NCBI RefSeq assembly: GCF_009914755.1
Contig: NC_060947.1
Direction: 5' to 3' (one strand)
DNA length: 64,000 nucleotides
From: the human T2T-CHM13v2.0 reference genome, Homo sapiens
Within the stretch, counting starts at the first letter, position 1, and the number at the start of each line of letters is the position of its first letter. Under the pieces are notes generated by a model that saw only the letters and a list, made by a program, of their open reading frames with translations, had not been told where the DNA came from and ran no database searches. Below are positions 50,783 through 64,000 of this stretch, in pieces. A program made the translations under genes and the position numbers.

Positions 50783-53020
50783 AATAAATTTTCTTTAAGT
50801 GAACAAATCCATGTAACCAACACCCAGATCAAGAAACAGAGCATTACCCCAGAAGCCTCACTTTACATCCTGTTCTGTCACTATCTCCCAAAGGTAACTC
50901 TATTCTAACTTCTAACATTGTAGGTCAATTTTATCTGTTTTGGAACTTTATAGAATGGACTTATATAGTATGTACTTTTTTATCTGGCCTCTTTTGCTCA
51001 ATACTTCGCTTGTAAAATTCACCCGTGTTTTGGATGGAGGTGTAATTTGTTCATTCTCATTGCTGTATAGTATTCCAGTGTATGAACACATCACAATTTA
51101 TTTATCCATTATACTGGTGATGAATGTTTGGAATGTTCCAGTTTGGAGCTATTACAAATAATGCTGATAATAATGATGCATTGTCTTATACATGTCTTTT
51201 GATGGAGAAATATTTGTATTTCTGTTAGGCATATACTAGAAGTGGAATCGCTGAGAGATAAGATATGTGTATATTAAGCTTCATTAGATACTTCCAGTTT
51301 TCCAAATTTGTTGTAAAAATTTACCCTCCCACCAGCAGTGTATAAGACTGCTTACATTTAATACAATTAATTTTTTATTATTTCACATTTTTCCATTCTG
51401 GTAGGTATAAAGAAATTTCACACTGTGGTTTTAATTCACATTTCCCTGATGACTAATGAAGTTAAATACTTTTTCATATGTTTACTAGTCATTCCAGTAT
51501 CTTTGTTTTTTTGCGGGGGTTATTTTTGTTTTTCTTTGTGATTTACAAGTGTTTCTTATATAGTCTAGATACAATCTTCTGTTGGATCTATACATTGCAA
51601 ATACCTTTACCTGCTTTGTGACTTCTCTTTTCACTTGTTAATGGTACCTTTTGATAAACAGAAGTTCTTAGTTTCAATACAATCCAATTTAACAATGTTT
51701 TCTTAAATGGTTAGTACTTTTATGTCCTGATCATGAAATCTCTGCTTATCTTAAGGTCATGAAGATATTCTCTATTTTTTTCCCTAAAAGCTCTATTGTT
51801 TTGCTTTTCACATTTAGATCTCTGATCATGCAGCTTTTGATTTAACAGACATATGGGTGTAGCAGAAAAAGGCTCTGGGCCCTTGTAAGAAGTAAGAGTA
51901 AGAATTAAAACCATCACACACACTAATGAAGGCCCCCAATGAACCAAACCTTAGTAAAGTATAGACTAGAAAAAAATCCCACTTCATAATCATATGAGAA
52001 AACAAGCACTTAGCTGTTTTGACTTTAGCATTATTGTATATGTATCAGTGAAGTCTCTTTTAAGGATTCGTACCACAAAGAGTTAAGGCTAAAATTTATA
52101 TGACTTGTATGTCCAGGAAATTGCAACTAAATATTAACAAAAGTATTCCCAGATTGGTAGTGGTCTGGCGTGCCTAGTAGAAGCAAAGGTAAATCAACTG
52201 CAAGGATGGAACTTCAACCCAGGCCATACAGAACTCTGACAAATAAAGCCACATAAAACTGAGCTCACAATTCAAAGAAACAAAAGGCATGAGGAAATAT
52301 GACACCATTAGTGAGAATTGGCAGAAATAAGACAACAGGATTATACCTCTATGAAATCCATATAATGGAATTAGCAGGTACAGAATATATGTCTCATATG
52401 GTAAAAGAAATAAAACTTAAAACAAGAAAAGGAAAAAGGAGCAATATACTATTTGAAAAAGACCGGAAATTATTTTCAGATTTTTAAAATAAAAACTTTT
52501 GAGATAATTATAGATTCACGTGCATTTGCAAGAAATAATGCAGAGAGATCCCATTATCTTTTACCCAGTTTCCCCCAATGGTAACATCTTACGTAACTAT
52601 AGCACAATATCACAACCAGGATATTGACATGGAAACAACCCATTGATTTTATTCAAATTTCTCCAGTTTTACTTATAATCATTTATTTGTGTGTGTGCAT
52701 TTAGTACTATGCAATTCTATTACTTATAAATTCATGTATCTGCCACCACAGTTAAGATATAAAAGTTCTATCACCATCAGGCTCCCTCATGTTGCCCTTT
52801 TATAACCCACCTCCTTCCTGCTCCCTCTCCCATACCTAATCCTTAGCACCCACTTATCTTTTTTTCATCTCTATAATTTTGTCATTTCAAAAATGCTATA
52901 TAAATGGGATCATACAGTATGTAATATTTCAAGGTTAGTGTTTTTTACTGGCCATAATTCCCTGGAGATTTATCCCAGTGGTTGTGTTCATCAAGTTTGT
53001 TCTTTTTTGTTGCTGAGTAG

Positions 53021-53778
53021 TGAGAGATAGGACTAGCTGGATTTCCTAGGCCGACTAAGAATTCCTAAGCCTAGCTGGGGAAGGTGACCATGCCTATCTT
53101 TAAACTCGGGGCTTGTAACTCAGCTCACACCCAACCAATCAGGTAGTAAAAAGGGCTCACTAAAATACAAATTAAGCTAAAAGCAGGAGGTAAAGAAATA
53201 GTCAAATCATATATCGCCTGAGAGAACAGGGGGAGGGACAATGATCAGGATATAAACCCAGGCATTTGAGCAGGGAGTGGGCAACCCCCTTTGGGTCCCC
53301 TCCCATTGTATGGGAGCTCTGTTTTCACTCTATTAAAGCTTGCAACTGCACACTCTTCTGGTCCTTGTTTGTTACAGTTGGAGCTGAGCTTTCGCTCACC
53401 GTCCACCACTGCTGTTTGCCACCATGGCAAACACTGACTTCCACCCCTCCAGATCTGGCAGGGTATCCACTGTGTTTCTGATACAGCAAGGTGCCCATTG
53501 CCGCTCCTGACTGGGCTAAAGGCTCGTCATTTTTCCTGCATGGCTAAGTGCCCAGGTTCATCCTAATTGAGCTGAAAACTGGTCGCTGGGTTCCATGGTT
53601 CTCTTCTAGGACCCATGGCTTCTAATAGAGCTATAACACTCACCACATGGCCCAAGGTTCCATTCCTTGGAATCCGTGAGGCCAAGAACCCCAGATCAGA
53701 GAACAAAAGGCTTGCCATCATCTTGGGAGTGGCCCATCCCATCTTGGGAGCTCTAAGAACAAAGACCCGCCCATAACA
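53021..53778 (+). mobile_element. LTR17 (HERV-W) solo LTR
   Basis: TGAGAGATAGGACTAGCTGGATTTCCTAGGCCGACTAAGAAT...ATAACA with a 4-bp TSD gtag on both sides. gatataaa and attaaa signals. Confidence 0.92.
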
Positions 53779-53788
53779 GTAGTATTCT

Positions 53789-59863
<6,075 letters not shown>

Positions 59864-59873
59864 AGTAGTATTC

Positions 59874-62800
59874 CATGATATGGAAGTAACACAGTTTGTT
59901 TAATCATTTTCCCACTGAAAGATATCTGTATTGTTTCCAATTTTTGGCTACTATGAATAAAGCTGCTATAAATATTCATGTACAGGTGTTTGTGTAAACA
60001 TGTTTTCATTTCTCTGGAATAAATCCCCAGGGGTCTAATTGATGGATCACATGGTAGCTGCAGGTTTAGTTTTATAAGAAACAGCGAAACTGTTTTTCAG
60101 ATGACTATACCATTTTATATTCCTAGTAATTTATGTGGAATCTGGTTTCTCAGCGTCCACACCAGCATTTAGTGTTGTCACTGTTTTTTAAATTTTAGCC
60201 ATGCTGATGTTTGTAGTGATACCTTATTATGGTTTTAATTTGTATTTCCCTAATGGATAATGATGCTATAAATATTTTAATGTGCTTATTTGCCATCCGT
60301 ATATCCTCTTTGGTGAAATATGTCTTCATGTCTTTTGTCCATTTTCTAATTGGATTGTTTTGTTTTTCTACTTTTGAGTATTGATAATTCTTTATATATT
60401 CTAGATACCAGTACTTTATTGGATATATCACTTACGAATATCTTCCCCCAGCCTGTAGCTTCTGTCTTTATTCTCTTAACAGGATCTTTTCCAAAGTGAA
60501 GGTTTTTAATTTTGATGGGATCCAATCTATCAATTTTCCTTCTATGCATCATGCTTTTGATGCAAGTCTAGGAAATCTTTGCCTAGCCCTAGATTCTGAA
60601 GACTTTCTCCTGTTTTGTTCTCTAAAAGTTTTACAGATTCATGTTTTACATTTAAGTCTGTGGCCCATTTTGAGTTAATCCTTACATGAGTTGAGAGGTT
60701 TAGTTTGAGGTTCTCCTCCTCCTCCACCTCCTCCTTCTTCTCTTCTTCTACTTTCTTCTTCCTTTTTTCTTTTTTTTTTTTTTTTTTTGCCTATGTATGT
60801 CCAATTGTTCCTGCACCATTAGTTTAAAACACTCTCCTTCCACTGGACACAGTGGCTCGCACCTGTAATCCCAGCTACTTGGGAGGCTGAGGTGGGAGGA
60901 TTGTTTGAGGCCACGAGTTTGAAACCAGCCTGAGCAACATAGCAACCCCATCTCTAAAATAATAATAACAAATTAGAGGAATGGTGGCTCATGCCTGTGG
61001 TCCTAACTACTCGGGAGACTGAGGTGGGAAGATTGTTTGAGCCCAGGAGTTCGAGGCTGCAGTGAGCTATGGTGTTGCCAACAGAGCGAGACCCTGTTTC
61101 TAAAAAAGGACCCTCCTTCCCTTTGTCCATCATTAAATTGGATTGCTTGTTGATTGTATGCGCTCTTCTTTAACTATTGATATGGTGAATTATTTTGACT
61201 GATTTTCAAATGATGAAAATAGGTTTCTATACCAGTAATAAACCCCACTTAGTCACTGTGTATAATTTTTTAAATAAATTGTTAGATTTGGATTACTAAT
61301 ATTTTATTGAGAATTTTTGTGTCTAAGTTCATGAGAGATGTTGGTCTGCAGTTGTCTTTTCTTGTACTTTTGTTGTCTATTTTTGATATCAAGGTAGTAC
61401 TCATAAAATGAGTTGGGAAATATTCTTCCTCTTTCATTTTCTGGAGTGAATTGAATAAAATTGGTGCTAATTCATCCTTAAATGTTTGGTAAGAATATTC
61501 AGTGAAAACATCTTGGCCTGGAGATTTCTTTTCCAGGAGTTTTAAATTTCCTTAATAGCTATAGAGCTAGTCAAATAATATAGTTCCTATTGGGTGAGTT
61601 TTGACAGTTTGTGGTTTTTAAGGAACTGGTCCAATTCTTCTAAGTTGTTGAATTTATGAGTGTAAAGTTGTTATAGTATTCCCATACTATCCTTTTAATA
61701 GCCTTAGGATCTGTGTTGCTATCCTGCCTCATTCTTGATATTGGTGGTTTGTGTCTTCTCTCTTTTTAATTTATCAGTCTTGCTAAAGGTTAATCGCTTT
61801 TATTTTTAAAGAACCACCTTCTTGTTTTCTTTATTTTCTCTATTGTTTTCCTACTGCCAGTTCATTGATTTATGTTCTTAATTGTTTTCTTCCTTCTGCT
61901 TCTTTCAAGTTTATTTTGCTCTTCTTTTCTAGTTTCCTGAGGTAAGAACTTATATTATTGATTTGAGACGCTACCTTTTTCTAATGTAAGCATTTAATGC
62001 TAAAAATGTCCCTTTCAGCTCTACCTTACCTGCATTCTCTGTATTTTGATATGTGTATTTTCACTTTAGTTCAGTTCTATATATTTTAAATTTTCCTTTG
62101 AGTCTAATAATTCCATGAATTATTCTGATGTATGTTGACTAATTTCCACAACTTTAGAGATTTTACAGTCATCTTTCTGTTATTGAGTTCTAGTTTGATT
62201 CCATTATGGCCAGAGAACATACTCTGTATGATTTCAATTCTTAAAAATTTTTGAGGTTTTTTTTTTATGATCCAGGATATGGTCTATGTTGGCGGATGTT
62301 TCATGGGCATTTGAAAACAATTTGTATTCTGCTCAATATATGTCAGTCAGATCCAATTGGTTTATGGTATTGTTCAGTTCTATACACTTGCTGATTTTCT
62401 GTCTAGAAGTTCTGCTCAGTTCTATACGCTTGCTGATTTTCTATCTAGAAGTTCTATCAGTTGCTAAGAAGATAGTGTTGAAGTTCCGCACTATAATTGT
62501 GGATTTTTCTATTTCTCCTTTCGGTTCTATCAGTTTTTATCTCATGTGTTTCGAGGCTCTCTTTTGGGGTGTGCACATAGGAGATCACTATGTCATTTTG
62601 GTGCATTGATCCTTTCATGACTATGCAATATCCTTCTTTGTCTGTAATAATTTTATTGGCTATGACATCTACTTTATAGAATATTAACACAGCCATTCCT
62701 GCCTTTTTATGTTTGAATGGCAAGTCTTTTATTTTCAACCTATGCTGATAAATTTAAGTGAACTCCTTGTAAACAGCAAATATGTCATTTAAAAAAACCC

Positions 62801-63070
62801 ACTCTACCAATTTCTCTTTTAATTAGTGTATTTACACCATTAACACTTAAGGTAATTATTGATATTTTAGGGCTTAAATGTGACATTTTGCTATTTGCTT
62901 TCTGGTTCCTGTTTCCCATTCCTCTGTTTCTCTTTTCTTGCTTCTTGTGTGTTAATTAAACATTGATTTTTAGTGTTTTTAAGTGTATCAGTTTGTGTAG
63001 TTATTGTTTTATATTGTTATTACAATATGCATGTGTAACTTATCAAAGACTACTAATATCAATTTCTTAC
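59874..63070 (-). mobile_element. Old L1M antisense fragments (continuing 52490-53020) with AluJ at 60845-61105 (+)
   Basis: L1 ORF2-like peptides on the minus strand (60195-60727, 62457-62738) and an AluJ consensus. Confidence 0.8.
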
Positions 63071-63114
63071 CACTTTAAGGTGTTTTAAATGTATCTGGAT
63101 TTTCTTTTTATTCA

Positions 63115-63630
63115 GGTATAGTGAGGCCAACAGATCAGGAGATGATTACCGTTGAAAAGATAGTTTGTTACAAGATCCTAAGAGAAGGGCATAAGCAATG
63201 CCACACAGGACAGCATGGAAAAGTACCAGGCCAGTAAATTACGTGGCTGAAAGAGTGAAGGGAAAGCGTGGGCAAAAAGCTTTATTGTGGTTTTCTGAGG
63301 AAGGAATGCGCGAGGTAGGGCAAGTAATTGAGTATGCTTTGGTTTGGATAGTTTGAATACTTTTGGCTGTCTCTAGGCTGTAGGGAAGGTCCCTAGTTGT
63401 CTAGCACCTGGCCTTGGGGTGATTAGGGCAGAGGAATATTGCCTCCTGGAGCATAAAATCCAGGTAGAAGAAGTGGTCTGGAGTGTGGGTTCCGGATTGG
63501 TTCATTTGCATATGAAAGACATGCTCCCTGGTGAATGTATCGCTGAGAATTGTTTAGCCCTAGGAGGAGCAGTCTCTCCCCAGTCAGCAATGCCCTAGGT
63601 GCCAAAGCATCAATAATATAGGAAACAAGA
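63115..63630 (-). mobile_element. MER21-like LTR
   Basis: gtgaggccaacagatcaggagatg..gctttattgtggtttt..attggttcatttgcatatg. Confidence 0.65.
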
Positions 63631-64000
63631 AAATATAGTAATACACAAATGAAATATAGAAACATCACTTCCCTTTAGGCTCCTTTAGCTTCTTCATATT
63701 TAAATAACATTGCCTTGAGTATCAGGTGGTATTATATTTGTTTCAATCATCAAATATAATTTAGAAAACTCATGGGGATATGTAGCCATATTTCTGCTTT
63801 TTCTGTTGTTCTTTCATCTTTCCTGCAATTCTAAGATTCCTTCTTTTATCACTTCCTTTCTACTTGAAGAAACCTCTTTAGCAATTCTTTAAGGGGAGGT
63901 CTACTAGTGACCAATTCTTTCAGTCATCTTTCATGTGGCAATGTCTTTATTTTTTTTATTTTATTTTTTTTTATACTTTAAGTTTTAGGATACATGTGCA

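Overview
Hominoid (human/great-ape-like) genomic DNA: it carries an SVA, Alus, L1PA elements, LTR12 and LTR17. I see no intact host protein-coding gene. About 33.2-64 kb is mostly stacked LINE/SINE/LTR repeats. The main signal lies in the non-repeat islands between about 6.5 and 33.1 kb. Translated on the minus strand, they read as heavily decayed (stop- and frameshift-ridden) bornavirus-like genes. In minus-strand order these are: G fragment, L C-terminus, N, [repeats], L C-terminal part, N, (N-end or P?), G, M, N, [repeats], G, M, (L?). That gives at least 3 N-like, 3 G-like, 2 M-like and 2 L-like relics, all in one orientation. Both G-M pairs follow the carbovirus/cultervirus gene order, and several relics are interrupted by ancient MIR, L2, MER5 and MLT1 insertions. 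Positions 1-3064 hold a co-oriented ancient Gypsy element (LTR, PBS, PNMA-like gag, protease remnant). A plausible reading is an ancient archive of captured RNA-virus sequence, for example a piRNA-cluster-type locus; that is inference. All viral assignments are by-eye alignments to Borna disease virus 1 (BoDV-1) proteins recalled from memory, so they need tBLASTn/HMM confirmation. Repeat boundaries and subfamilies are approximate unless a target-site duplication (TSD) is given.
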